Below the pieces are notes generated by a model that did not search any database, was not told the origin of the DNA, and saw only the letters and a program-made list of their open reading frames with translations. DNA of 64,000 bases. It comes from Sphyrna mokarran. Taxonomy: Eukaryota. Numbering within the stretch: the first letter of the stretch is position 1; every line of letters starts with the position of its first letter. Below, one piece after another: positions 12,730 to 26,022 of this stretch. The DNA lies in NCBI GenBank assembly GCA_024679065.1, contig JAGIQG010000026.1, positions 35,960,001 through 36,024,000 on the forward strand, read 5' to 3'. The position numbers and the translations under genes are program-made.

Positions 12730-14205
12730 TATCTATCTCCACAACAGATGCCATTTCCCTGGCCCTACACTCAACCCTGGAAACATCTACATCAGATTCC
12801 TATTCATAGGCTACAGCTCAGCCTTCAACACCATTATTCCAAAAGACTCATCTCCAAACTTTGTGGCCTAGGGTTTGGCTTCTCATCTTCCAAATCTATA
12901 GGCTCCAGTCAACAAGGCAACAACACCTCCATAAATCATTCTCACTGGTGCCCCCGGTTATTGATCTTCTACTAAGGGGGAAATATTTCTTCCCATTTAT
13001 GCCTCTCAATTTTGTATATCTCAATCAGGTCCCTCCTCTTCATTGTCTGGAAAAAGGAAAACAACCTTGATTTGATTTATCACATGTATTAGTTTACACC
13101 GAAAAGGGTATTGTGTTCTCAGCTTCTTACTATATTCCTTACCCACCTGACCGCATGGTCAGATTCCCCTTAAAATTCAATTTAAGTTTGTTGATGACAC
13201 CACCATTGTGGGTCAGGTCTCAAACAATGACAAGACAGAGCACAGGAATGAGATAGAGAACCTGGTACGATGACAATCTCTCCCTCAATGTCAACAAGGG
13301 ACGAGAGATCATCAACTTCAGAAAGCATGGTGGAGAGTGTGCCTGTTTACATCAATAGGGATGAAGTAGAAATGGTCAAGAGCTTCAAGTGTCCTGATCG
13401 TCAACTGAACTGGATCCCCCATACTGATACTAAATCAAGAAAATCCATCAACACCTCTACCAAGCAAGGTGAGAGAGGCAGACACTGGGAATTTTTAAGA
13501 CTTATCTTGATAACCATAAGAACAGACAGGGAATGGAGGGATACAAACAAATAGAATGGAAACATAAGCAGCGCAGGCTTGGAGAAGTGAAGAGCCTGTT
13601 TCCTGTGTTGTACTGTTCTTTGACTGAAGAAATTTGACATGTCCACCAAAACTCTCACCAACTTCTATTGATGTATCATAGACAGCATTCTTCCTGCTTG
13701 TACCATAACTTAGTACAGCTCCTGCTCTGTCCAAGACCACAATAAACTAGAGGGTCATAAATGAAGCCTTGTCCACCACTCAAACTAGCCTCCCATCCAT
13801 TATCTGTACTTCAAGCTGCCTCAAATGCAGCCAGCATAATCAAGGACCCCAGGCATACTCTCTTCCATAAGAATCTAGCAACACCAATTTTAAATCCAAC
13901 CGATTTATTTGATAGTAAATTTGCGAGCTTTCGACAATCAAATAAATCAGTTGGATTTAAAATTGGTGTTGCTAGATTCTTACTACCCCAGTCCAACGCC
14001 GGCATCTCTACATCATGAATACTCTCTTCCACCAGGTAAGATACAAAACTGAGGTCACGTACCACCCAATACAAAAACAGCTTTCCCTGCTGCCATGAAG
14101 TTTCTGAATGGACCTACCTCACATTAAGTTGATCTTTCTCTACACCCTAGCTATGACTATAATACTACATTCTGCACCACTCTCCTTCTCTATGTACCAT
14201 ATCCT
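12730..14205 (+). mobile_element. Rex1/Babar LINE fragment (decayed, interrupted)
   Basis: YIRFLFIGYSSAFNTIIP, KFVDDTTIVG, PVYINRDEVEMVKSFK; paralogous to 33280-34360. Confidence 0.75.
13868..13982. repeat. 46-bp-arm palindrome (Penelope-like terminus foldback)
   Basis: Arms 13868-13913 and 13937-13982 are reverse complements with 1 mismatch around a 23-nt loop; followed by CCCCAGTCCAACGCCGGCATCTC PLE terminal sequence. Confidence 0.9.
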
Positions 14206-14978
14206 CCATGCTGTGAGGATATGGCCATGTTAGTAATTAAACAACTCTACAAACAGAATGTCAGTAGTTACAAAATAAAATCCAGTGTTTAGGGAAAAAT
14301 TGTTAAAGTGTAGATTAACAGGGAGCAATGCAAGAATGCAAATTCCAATGTCAACTTTTTAATGTCAGTGTTATTTTAATGGGAGCTCTGCTTGTGGTCA
14401 TCTTTGAAGAAATACAAGCACATTGATTTGGCTAATGAGCTGCAGTGTGCTTGTAGAAAGTACATAGACTAAGAACAACCAGTTTTCAACAGATACTGTC
14501 AAATATGACAAGACAGAGAGCACAAACTTATAGGCATCAGCCTACATCGAATCCTAGTCGGAAATATGGTTGAAAATTGTCAGTTGTGTAACTGGGATGC
14601 TGTTCATAGATGCAGTTACTGCAATATTAAATCAGCGTACAAAGTTATCAGTGTTAGCAATCACTTGCGGGGGACGAGGACAATAATTATTTCTACTGAA
14701 AACCGACTCGTGGTAAAATTTCCAGATCCCGCACCATCCCCCCAGCCATGGAAAGATCTTGGCAAAAGAAAATCTGACTTGCAGTAAAGACCTTGCAATC
14801 AGACCATTTGAAACGCACCATTTAGCAAATGCCCTGAGCAGGTCGGATTTCACCAATCTGAAACTACCTTGCTTCTTTTGCAACATTTAATGCGCAAAAA
14901 GATATCGTATTAAAAGTACCAGTCCGAAGATGGTTTATTGTTAGACCCTGTGTTCTAGTGAGGATTGAAGTGGGTTAC

Positions 14979-15148
14979 CTGTACTGATCGAACTTTGCGA
15001 ATTTACTCCAATCCACAGGGTTGCTTTTATAAGATTCCATCAGACCGTGCACTTCTTCCACGTTGACTTTGTCACTGGAGAAAATTTCATGAAGTTGTTT
15101 GATCAAATCCTCCAAAGTTTCTGGCACCTGGAGCTGAGTCTGATCCAT
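14979..15148 (-). CDS. CDO1: Cysteine dioxygenase type 1, coding exon 1 (170 nt)
   Basis: MDQTQLQVPETLEDLIKQLHEIFSSDKVNVEEVHGLMESYKSNPVDWSKFAKFDQYR matches the vertebrate CDO1 N-terminus; AG|GTAAC phase-2 donor at 14978; downstream exons not found in the window. Confidence 0.95.
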
Positions 15149-15230
15149 CTTTATTCCGCGTTTTGGTAATTAACCCAAAACAGGAGCAGACTCAGAGAAG
15201 TGACGGTGACGGTCAGTCTGCAGCAGCGCT

Positions 15231-15337
15231 CTTTATAAAGGAGTCTGGAAAACGTGTGGGCGGAATGAGGGAGGAGCTCCGGGAAATTAAAGTAATGAAT
15301 TAATCAAAACATTCCCGTTGGCAAACGTCTGACCAAT
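15231..15337 (-). promoter_or_regulatory. CDO1 core promoter
   Basis: TATAAAG on minus strand 15237-15231, about 85 nt upstream of ATG; GGGCGG 15258-15263; CCAAT 15333-15337. Confidence 0.7.
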
Positions 15338-15777
15338 AATTCCTGCGCCCTGAACTGATGATTCAACACACCAAACTGTCTGGGCGCTCAAAGTTTAACA
15401 TTTTGTGTCAAAATAATCTAGACTTCTGCAGTATTTGGATTTTTTTGTTGTTGTTCCTTTTACCGTTGGGACAAGTGCTCAAGGCTCGGGTGAAATTATA
15501 CAAAAGATTCACATTTCATGGAATTCCTACCGTGCAGGAGGCCATCCGGCCCATCGAGCCTTTATCACCACATAGATTTTTTTATTTTCTTGAAATAGAT
15601 AAGGATGTACTCCAGTTATGCCACATTTTTAAAGTAATTTTACCAAGCCCTATTTACTGTTAAAAGCTGGCAGCATTGAGCTGCACTGTATCTCACTCAT
15701 TATTTGATTCAGATGGACCTTCCCACGTATTGACTTTATCCTAGCTCAGACAAAGCAGCCATTGTCAGGGTTCTGGT

Positions 15778-16115
15778 TAGAACATAGAAAAACTACAACA
15801 CAAATAGGCCCTTTGGCCCACAAGTTGCACTCAACATATCTCTACCTACTAGGCTTTCCTATAACCTTTCAAGTTCCATGCACTTATCCAGAAGTCTTTT
15901 AAAAGACCCTATCAAATCCATCTCCACCACCGACTGCAGCCAATTCCATGCACCCACTGCCTTCTGAGTGAAAAACTTACCTCTGATGTCTCCGCTGTAT
16001 CTACTCACCAGCGCCCTAAACCTGTGTTCTCTTGTGGCGGCCATTTCAGCCCTGGAAAAATGCCTCTGAGAATCTACTCAATCAATACCTCTCAACATCT
16101 TATACACCTCTATCA
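15778..16115 (-). mobile_element. CR1 LINE 3' end
   Basis: DIRGKFFTQKAVGAWNWL...SFKRLLDKCM; AGAACAT tail. Confidence 0.8.
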
Positions 16116-16699
16116 GGTTAGCCAATTTGTATGTCTGTCTGAAGTAAAAAAAAAATACAAATTCAGCCTTGCATGTGAACTTCTACTTCCTCCTGAATGC
16201 TGCTCTGCACCACTACCTAAATCCCACTCCTAACTGAAGCCTCATGCCTGTGCCCCATTCTTACCCCCACTGAGTTCCTCCCTGACCTGAATTTTGCTGC
16301 TACCAAGTGTAATTTCTGCCACTGAATAATAGGGGTCAAATTCCCTGGATAACATGATTTTCTACTTTCATTACATGGCAGGAAAGTAAGTTTAAACATT
16401 AACAGAGGATGGTGGGATGAGGCAGTTAGAAAGAAGATTAGACAATACTTAAGGAGAGAGAGAGACAGACAGTATCCCTGTGCAAAGGCCATCGAGAATC
16501 CAAAGGAGCGTGTAGCATACCCAATGCACAGGCGAAAGATAGCTCAAAGTGGCTGGAAAAGGTTGTGGGAATGGAAGGGAATAAACTGTGGCCCATGTCA
16601 GAACAATTGACACAGAAAGGGACAGAGAACAAGGTTATATAGGAATTAGAAGTCATTCAGCCCTTTGATAGAAATAATATTAGAAACAACAATTAAAAA

Positions 16700-17490
16700 G
16701 ATAAGAAACAATAATAAGTGCAAAGATCAGAGTACAGAGATTGATAAAGGTAATAGAAATACTTTGAATACAGGCAAGGTTCCAGGAATTTAAAATAAGA
16801 TATACTGCTTTAATCAAAGAATTGATTGGATAATTACACGTCAGTCCACTGTTTAAGACTGTTTAGGTGAAAGAGGAAAACTAGTGATTTGTTAATCTGA
16901 CATCTGTTGTCAGGAAATGACTAGAATCTATAATTAAGGAGGTGACCAAGCATTTTGAACAGGTCAGAGAGATCCAGCCTGGGTTGATCATACCGGGTAA
17001 AGCTAGTTGAATTCTTGTTTAAATGGTGACTAAAGTAGTGGAAAGAGGAAGTCTCTGGATTTTTAAAATTGATTCCCAGAAGGCATTTGTTGAAATCCTT
17101 CATAAGAGCCACTTAGCTAAAGTTGAAGCTCACGGATTTGAAAGCAAACTATTACCTTGGTTAGGAATTTGCTGAGTGGTAGGAGATAAGGTGGATGGAT
17201 AATGGACAGTTTCTTAATCGGCAGGATGTGATTAGTAATATCTTTGTGAGGATCTGTGTTCAGGCTTCACTCATCTCGTTTTATTAATGACTAAGATGGT
17301 TCAAAGAAAGGCCATGTATTTAAATTTGCTGATGATGCAAAGGTCAGCAGCATTGTAAGTAGAATAGATGAAGACACTTAATTTCAAAATGAATAGATTA
17401 AGTGAATGGACAAATTTATGTACATCAGTGTAGGCAAATGTGAGGTCACCCACTTTGGATCTAGAAAATATCCTAGATATTTTCTAGGAC
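16700..17490 (+). mobile_element. CR1 LINE RT fragment
   Basis: Decayed RT with KFADDAK at ~17321-17341. Confidence 0.65.
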
Positions 17491-18721
17491 CGGCAAATGT
17501 TAGTCAGGGGTGAGGTGGAGGATGGAGGGCATGAAGGAGAAGAGGAGGAGTAGAAGATGGATCCAATGGACCAAATACATCAACCCTGCCAAGACCCCTC
17601 AGGATCTTTTAAGGTTTCAATCAAGTTGCTGTTTACTCTTCTAAACTCCAGTGGGTATCAGCCTATACTTTCCTCATAAATCAATCCAGGTAATAGTCTA
17701 GTAGACTTTACTAAACTGCTTCCAATGCATGTTGCATCCTCCCTTAAATAAGGAAACCATTACTGTGCACAGTATTCAAGATACAATCTCAACAATTCCC
17801 TATATAATTGCATCATAATCTCTCTAACTTTGTATTCAACTCCATTTGCAATAAATTATAATATTCTATTAGTACTAAGCCTTCCTAATTGCTTACTGTA
17901 TCTGCTTTTGTGATTTGTGTGCTAGGAGACTTGGATCCTCTTCAATCTCTTATCATTTAGATATTGGGCAGAATTCTCCAACCTCGCCTGAGGCTGGGAT
18001 TATCTGGTCCTATTGTTGTGAACAGAGATTTGGCTGAGCACCAAATTCACCATTCTTGTTGGCAGTGATAGTGGGGTGTGTGAGAGTGAAGAATTCCGGC
18101 CAATAGATTTCTTTTTTATTTTTCCTGCCAAAATGGACAATTTCACACTTTCCCATATTATACTCCATTTGCCAGGTCTTTGCCCACTCTGATAACCTAT
18201 CTATTCCCTTTGTATCCTCTGTGTTTGTCTTTTCCATGTTTTATTATCTTATCTATCTTTATATTATCAGCAAATTTAGCAATCTTTGGATGTAAATGAC
18301 TTGGATGATCCTTTCATCCAAGTCATTTACATAAACTTAAAAAGTTGAGGCATTGATCCCCGTGTCACACCACTTGTTAATCTTGCCAACTAAAAAAATA
18401 CCCATTTATGCCTACCATCTGTTTTCTGTTATCTAGCCAATCTTCTATCCATGTTATCCCTTAAATCATGAGCCATTTTTTTCACAATACCTTTAATATG
18501 GCAGCTTTTCAACTACATTCTGGAAATCTAAATACAGTCCATCCACTGCTTTCATTTTAACCACACGATATGTTATTTCTTCAAAGAACTTCAATAAATT
18601 GGTTAAATGTGATTTCCATTTCACAAAACAATTTGCCTCTGCCTGATTGCTTGAATTTTTCAAGTACCCTGCTTTAATAATACTTGCTAACATTTTCCCT
18701 ATGATACATCAAAGACAGACA

Positions 18722-18898
18722 CTCAAGGGAATTTGGCACGGCCAATCCACCTAACCTACACATTTTTCGACTGTGAAAGGAAACCAGAGCACTTGGAGGA
18801 AACCCACGGAGGGAATGTGCAAACTCCACACAGACAGTGACTTGAGGCTGGAATTGAACCTGGGATCCTAGTGCTGAGAGGCAGCAGTGTTGAACTAC
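18722..18898 (-). mobile_element. HE1-like SINE
   Basis: Reverse-complement core GAATGTGCAAACTCCACACAGACAGTGA. Confidence 0.8.
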
Positions 18899-19387
18899 TG
18901 AAGTTCTGCTTTCTGCCTTCCTTTCTTGAATTAAAAAAAATTACATTTGCAACCGAATGGAACCTTTTCCGAATCTAGGGAATTTTTGCAAATCAAAATC
19001 AAATCATCAGCTATCTCACAAGCCACTTCTTTTCAGACTCCAGGATGAAATCCACCGGAACATGGGGACCTTCAGTTCTAACAATTCTCTCAGTATCACA
19101 CCCCTAGTCAGTGTAATTTTTCTAAGTTCCTCCCTCACTTTCTATTTCTGATTTCTAGCTATTCTGGGATGTTACTAGTCTATGGTGAATGCAAAGCACC
19201 TGTTCGATCCATCCATCATCTCCTTCTTTTCCATTATTAATTCACCAGACTCAATTTCTATAGAACCTGCACTCACTTTGTTAACTCATTTCTTTTTAAA
19301 ATATCAGTAGAAACTGAAATATCAGCCTTTCTAATTCCAGCTTGCTTTCACTGGTACTCTAAAAGTTTTCCTCCTTTATCAACCCAT

Positions 19388-19740
19388 GCTGACTGTGTGG
19401 AGTTTGTACATTCTCCCCACGTCTGCGTGGATTTCTTCTGGGCACTCCAGTTTCCTCCCACAGTCCAAAGAATAAAAAGTTTAAAGTTTATTTATTAATC
19501 ACAAGTACAGTTACACTGCATTGAAGTTACTGTGAAATTCCCCCTAGTCTCCACACTCCGGCACCTGTTTGGGTCACTGCACTCAACCAGCACGTCTTTC
19601 AAATTGTGGGAGGAAACTGGAACACCCAGAGGAAACCCATGCAAATAGAGGGAGAATGTGCAAACTCCACACAGACAGTGATCCAAGCTGGGAATCAAAC
19701 CTGATCCTTAGCACTGATTTGCAGCAGTACTAACCACTGT
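19388..19740. mobile_element. Two HE1-like SINEs (partial + copy 19388-19470; - copy 19478-19740)
   Basis: Core motif present in both orientations. Confidence 0.8.
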
Positions 19741-21040
19741 GAAAGAATTGGCCATGCTATTTCACACTAACTTCATTGCAGTGTTAATGTAAGCCTACTT
19801 GTGACTAATAAGTAAACTTCAACTTTAACCTTTTGGTCATTCTTTGCTGTTTTTATATTTGGTCCAATCTTCTGACTTGCCACCCATTTTTGTGCAATAT
19901 TTTCTCCTTAAGTTTTGATATTATCTTTATTTTGTTAGTTAACTACAGGATGGTGGACCCTATCATTGGAATTTTTCATTCCAATTGGAATGTATCTATT
20001 CTGAAATGTCCCCTTAAATGTCTGCCATTGCATCTCTATTGACCTTCCTTTAACCTAATTTGACCATTCATCCTAGTTAGCTCTGCTTTCATGTCCTCAT
20101 ATTTGCCTTTATTTGAGTTTGAAATAAAAGTCTTGGACTCACTCTTCTCTCCCTCAAACTGAATGCAAAATCCAACCATATTATGATCACTACTACTCAG
20201 GAGTGCCTCCACCAACACGTCATTAATTAATCTTATCTCATTGCAAAGTACCAGCTCTAGTATTGTCTGCTCTCTGGTTGGTACCAAAATTTGCTATTCT
20301 GAGAAACTATCCCAAAAACATTCTATGAATTCCTCATCTAAATACCTTTACCTTTCTGATATTCCCAGTCTATATACAGATTAAAATCCCAGATTATCAC
20401 CGTACCTTTCTGACAAACTCCCATCATATATTTCTTTATACCGAACCTTCCATATAGTTACGGTTAGGGAACCACTATTCCCATGAGTGAATTCTTGTCT
20501 TTATCATTTCTCATCTCAAATCATTTCTATATCCTTGTTTCCTCAAGTTCAGCCATCCTTCTCTAATGTGCTAAGATCATTATTAATTAATAGAGCCACT
20601 CCTCCAATTTTTCCTACCTCCCTGAATGCCATATTCCCTTCAATATTCAGGTCACAATCTGATATTATCTGTAATTGCAATCACATCATATTAATTAATT
20701 TCTATTAGCACTATTAGTTTTAATTGTTTCGTTTCGGGTGCTTCAGATGTTGAACCTTTAGTTTTGTCCTTTTTTTAATGTCTAACCATATCTGCTGATT
20801 TACTCTAAGACTTGTATTCCCTGTGTCCTTTCCTGTCTCAGAATATTTATAATTTTCCGCATAATACCTTTCTTTCTTGCCTTTTCCCGACTCTTTGATA
20901 CACCATATTTTCCCAAATTTAATCCCTTGCCACCACTATTTAGTTAAAAACTTCTCAACTTCCTTAGTTATGCAGCTGGCAAGATTCAGGTGTAGATCAT
21001 CCCAATAGTGAAGCCCAAACTTTCCCCAGTACTGATGCCA

Positions 21041-21328
21041 GTAGTGTGACATGAACCCAAGATCTCAGTTGAGGTTTTCCTGATGTGTGGAACTTAACTA
21101 TCACTTCCTGCTCAGCGATTCTGTGTTGTCGTTTGTCTTGAAGGCCACCCTGGAAAATGTTTATCAGAAGATCGGAGAATGAATGCCCTCGACTGCTAAA
21201 GGGAAGAGTCTTGCTGGTGATTGTTGAGCGATGTCCACTCAACCATTATCGTAGTGTCTACATGGTCTCGCTGGTATACCATGCCTCTGGACATCTCTTC
21301 CCGCGATGTATCAGGTAGACAACATTGG
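21041..21328 (-). repeat. 288-bp copy of PLE segment 23311-23598 inserted in CR1 ORF1
   Basis: 20 mismatches in 288 nt, no indels. Confidence 0.9.
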
Positions 21329-23029
21329 AACCCACTTCTCCTAAACCAGTCTTTGAGACACGTCTTCATCTCTTTAATTTTATGTTTCCAATTCTAATTT
21401 GCGTGTGGCTCAGGTAATAATTCAGGATTATTACCTTTGAGGCTCTGCTTTCTAATCCAGTGTTTAGCTCCAGACATTCTCTCTGCCAAACCTCTTTGAT
21501 GGTTCTATCGATTCATTGGTACCTCCATGGTATACAGCATGGATCCTCTCCTTCCCACTGCAAGTTCCTCTCTAGCACAGAGCTGATGTCCTGAACCCTG
21601 GCACAAAGTAGGCAACAAGCCATAATAGACCCTTTGTTGCAGAGAACAGTGTCAATCCTTCCCACTATGTAATGGTCTAATATGATTACCACATTTCTTT
21701 TTGCACCCCCTACTGGACTGGCTTCCTCTGCCACGGTGCCATCATCAATTTGCCCATCTACCTCCACTGTCAGCTAGCCAAGCTAAGAGAACCTCAAACC
21801 TATAGCACAGTTGCAGAAGCTGAGGCTCCTGATCTACTCTTTGGGACCTGCCTCATTTGCAGTCATACCTTCCTTACCTGACTTCCGACAAATCAGAAGG
21901 CCCTATCCTAAGAGCTGTGAGTGCCTCCTGGTCCAAAACATCTAGGTAAAATTCCCCCTCCATGATGCGTTGCAGTATCTGTAGCTCATCCTCCAGCGCA
22001 GTAACTCTGAGATAAACCTCTTCAAGAATCACACAGCTAACCAGGAACTCCCACATGTTACAGTTTTGACAAATCATCCGACCTGCAATCCTTAATGCAT
22101 TTTAATTAATTAGTTTATATATTAATCGCTGCTTTTACTTCAGGCAGCCTGTAGTTGCAGCTGAAACATGAGGAATAGGCCTCCAAGCCTATCTGGAGTA
22201 GCTGCCTGGAATCTGCCAGTGAAAGACCAACTCCAGGCAGCTACAATGTTCTGCAGAAGCTTTGAGGCCAATTGGAAAATTCCAATCAGCTCCTGACTTT
22301 TGGGCCCAATCAGCCTTTAATTAGTTGAGTTGGCTACATCATGCTTACAGGCAATTAGCCCTGTCAAGCATCCATCCCATCTTCGGGAAAATGGGTTGGG
22401 GAACAGAAAAAGCAACACAATGGGTGCGATGTGAAGTTCCACACTTGTCCCACCCTCAGACTGCAGGGCCTGAAAACTCAGCCCTGAGGTTAAAGGAAGA
22501 GGTCAACAACCTAAAGTTTCAATCCTCAGTACGGCAAATTTCAATGGGATGAGACATGAACTGAGTGACCACAGTAAACTGAACTACACCAATAAGGAGT
22601 AAATCTAATGGACAAACCAGACAGTGGGAAGAATTCAAAGAAGTATTTCATACAATCCAAAACAAGTACATATCCCTAAAAGGCAAAGCTCCAAGAATGC
22701 AGTTAACAGCAATGGTTAACAAATGAGATAAGAGACAGTTATTAGCTTAAAGGAAAATAACTTATATAAATGCAGGAAAAATCAAAATGCAGCTGACAAA
22801 AAGAGCTATAAAAGGCAATAAAGGGGCACAAAGAAAATATTAGCTGGTCCAAAAAAAATTGAGAAAAATTGCACAGCATATAAAAGCTGACAGTAGATTT
22901 TTAAAGAATATATTAAGGGAAGGAACGTGATATTCAGGAATATGGGTTATTAAATTCTGGCGTATGTGACATTATAATCAACAATAAGGAAACGATAGAC
23001 TTATTAAGTGAGTGTCATAGATTAATACA

Positions 23030-23935
23030 GTGTAAAGTCTCACAACACCAGGTTAAAGTCCAACAGGTTTATTCAGTAGCACAAGCTTTCGGAGTGCTGC
23101 CTCTGCATCAGGTAAGTGGAGAGTTGGGTTCACAAACATGGCATAGATAGACACAGACTCAATCACAAGATAATGTTCGGAATACGAGTCTTAACAGGCA
23201 ATCAAATCTTTACAGGTACAGACAATACAAATGGAAAGAGGATTAAGCGCAGGTTAAGGAGGTATGAAGCCGGACAGTTAGGAGGGTTTTGCAAGCCGTG
23301 GGGGTTATAGGTAGTGTGACATGAACCCAAGATCTCAGTTGAGGCTTTCCTGATGTGTGGAACTTGGCTATCACTTTCTGCTTGGCGATTCTGTGTTGTC
23401 GTTTGTCTTGAAGGCCACCCTGGAGAACATTTATCAGAAGATTGGAGAATGAATGCCCTCGACTGCTAAAGGGAAGAGTCTTGCTGGTGATTGTTGAGCG
23501 ATGTCCATTCAACCGTTATCGTAGTGTCTATATGGTATCACTGGTACACCATGCCTCTGGACATCTTTTCCCGCAGTGTATCAGGTAGACAATATTGGCC
23601 GAGTCGCACGAGTATGTATCATGTACCTGGTGGATGGTTTTCTCACGTGAAATGCTGGCATTCATGTCGATGATCTGGCATGTCTTGCAGAGGTTGCTGT
23701 GGCAGGGTTGTGTGGTGTTGTGATCACTGTTCTCCTGAAGGCTGGATAGTTTGCTGCGAACAATGGTCTGCTTGAGGGTGTGCAGTTGTTTGAAGGCAAA
23801 TAGTTGGGAGTGTGGGGATGGCCCTGGTGAGATGTTCATCATTATCGATGACATGTTGAATGCTCTGAAGAAGATGTTGTAGCTTCTCTGCTCCAGGGAA
23901 GTACTGGACAATGAAGGGTACACTGTTGGCCATGT
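23030..23935 (-). mobile_element. Penelope-like element 3' part (GIY-YIG endonuclease + terminal repeat)
   Basis: PCHSNLCKTC..YSCDSANIVYLIHC..RC..MNGHR..QKVIAKF; terminal AAGTCTCACAACACCAGGTTAAAGTCCAACAGG; degenerate hammerhead at ~23079-23115. Confidence 0.9.
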
Positions 23936-23939
23936 GACT

Positions 23940-24220
23940 ATCTGACCTTCTGTCTCTTAAAGCTACGCTCCCTGGTTATTGACCCCTCTGCTAAGGGGAA
24001 AAGTTACTTCCTGTCCACTTGATCTATGCCCCTCATAATTTTATACACCTCAATCAAGTCCACCCCTCTGCTCCAAGAGAGACAACCTCAGCCCATCCAG
24101 TCTCTCAGTAGCTGAAACGCTCCAGTCCAGGTAACATCCTGTCTCTGCACCTTCTCTACTGCAATAACTTCCTTCCTATGGTACGGCAACCAGAACTGTA
24201 CACAATACTCCAGCTGTGAC
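23940..24220 (-). mobile_element. CR1 LINE 3' fragment
   Basis: CCAGAACTGTACACAATACTCCAG (LEYCVQFW on minus strand). Confidence 0.7.
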
Positions 24221-24559
24221 TTAAGCTTGAGCACTTTGTGTTTTTCTACAAAAAGTAGGAGTAAATTAACATTGAATGGTTGACTGTGGTCTTGCCATTC
24301 CCCACAAGTTCCAAGATATATGGTTGATCTTTCACTTTATCATAGAATCATGGAGCTGAATTTTCCACTTATTTGACTAAGTGAGGTGATGGGCGGTTCC
24401 AATGGTGCTCTTCCCACTGGCCGGAATGGCAGGAACTTGCATCTGATTCCGTGCTTGGAACTTCATTGATTAAGGACGTCTCTCCGAATCACCTGGCAAG
24501 GTGGCAAGCTGGTTCTTTCACCTGCTGTCAGCTGGCAGGTTCAAAGGTCCCAGCAGAAT

Positions 24560-25110
24560 ATCTAAACGCCAGTACAACACACCTCATGTGTTTCCCTCAC
24601 GCCCTCTCCCCTCCAAACCCCCCACCAGCATTCCATTGGACCATTCCCTTCTTGACACCCTGGTCCACTCCTCCATTACCCTAACCCTGCATCCTCTTCT
24701 CATGGAATTGCAGAAGGTGCAACGTTTGCTCCTTTACCTCCTTACTGTCCAAGGGCCCAAACACTCCTTTCAGATCAAGCATCTCACTTGCAGTTTGTTC
24801 AATTCAGTATACTGCTCCCAATGTGGTCTACTTTACATTGAAGAGACTAAATGCAGACTGGATGACCGCTTTACGGAACACTTCCACTCAGTCCCCAAGC
24901 ACGACCCCAATCTTCCTGTCACTTGCCATTTTAGCTCAGTATTTTGCTCTCATGCCCATCCTTTGCCTGCCACAAAGCTCTGATGAAGCCTAATGCAGAC
25001 TGGAAAAGAGCAACATCTCATCTTCCGACTGGGCACATACGGCCCTCAGTACTTAAAATGGAGTTCAACAAATTCAGATTATGAACTTTCCTCTCCATCT
25101 TCACTTCCTG
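24560..25110 (+). mobile_element. Penelope-like GIY-YIG fragment
   Basis: HLTCSLFNSVYCSQCGLLYIEETKCRLDDRFTEH...EQHLIFRLGT. Confidence 0.85.
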
Positions 25111-25698
25111 CGTTTGTTTTGTGTAATTCACTTCCTCTGGCTTGTCGTAACACAAACCCATTCCTCCCCCACATGGCCTTTGTTCCTTGTTCAGTTTTGT
25201 TCCCATTAAGCACTGACCTTTGTTTTCCTATTAACACATCCTGCTATCCTACCTATACAATTAACACTCTTCAGTTACTATTGGCACCATTAACATTACT
25301 TGAATCATCAATAACATCAGATAAGTTACACAATATTATTAACATTTGCAACATGTGACTTAATGGGGTGGATCTGCACATTTGACCCCCACCCCCCAAG
25401 TCCCATAAATCACTTCACCAATTAGTCACTTTGATAGTTTTAATATCCATTTTAATCTCTTCAGTTACTTTAGTAAAAGTGGGCATTAGCTAGCTTTGCT
25501 TTAACTCGTATCAGATTTTCTGGTAAAAGTTCAACAGTAGTGTCATATCTCTCATAGTTACTCAACATCTCATTAAGGTCATTCGTAATATTAAAAGAAT
25601 CTTTCTCTCTCATGTATATCAATTAATTTTGTACAACCTATTCTGGTTGGTATCTGAGGTTTAAAGCAAAAGGTAGCATTCGTAATATTACATTATCA

Positions 25699-26022
25699 GG
25701 GCAGCATGTGGCAAAGTGTGGCTGCATGGTGGTACAGTGTTTAGCAGTGCTGCCTCACAGCGCCAGCCTCACAGTTCAATTCCTAGCTTGGGTCACTGTC
25801 TGTGCGGAGACTGCATCTTCTCCCTGTGTCTGCGTGGATTTCTTCCAGGTGCTCTGGTTTCTTTCCACAGTCCTAAAGACTGTTAGGTGCATCGGCCATG
25901 CTAAATTCTCTCCCTCCGTGTACCTGAACAAGCATCAAAGTGTGACAACTAGGGGCTTTTCACAATAACTTCATTGCTGCGTTAACGTAAACCTACTTGT
26001 GACACTAATGAATAAACTTTAA
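25699..26022 (+). mobile_element. HE1-like SINE in env
   Basis: tRNA head plus core plus AATAAACTTT tail. Confidence 0.85.

Larger units (their letters stand above)
17570..22100 (-). mobile_element. Near full-length decayed CR1 LINE (ORF1 + ORF2)
   Basis: ORF1 zinc finger/coiled coil MICQNCNMWEF..LRVTALEDEL (~21900-22080); esterase-like CCLLCARVQDISSVLERNL (~21550-21700); APE PTREQTILELVL..SSDHNMV (~20100-20290); RT LTNLLKFFEE..LYLDFQ and LSEWAKTWQMEYN; interrupted by SINEs and a PLE fragment. Confidence 0.85.

Noticed and set aside
17966-18101. Short element with GGGCAGAATTCT/AGAATTCCGGCC ends (similar ends near 7224, 32258, 46420), possibly a Harbinger-type MITE
   Set aside because: TIRs are imperfect and TSDs unclear; cannot be classified without a repeat library.
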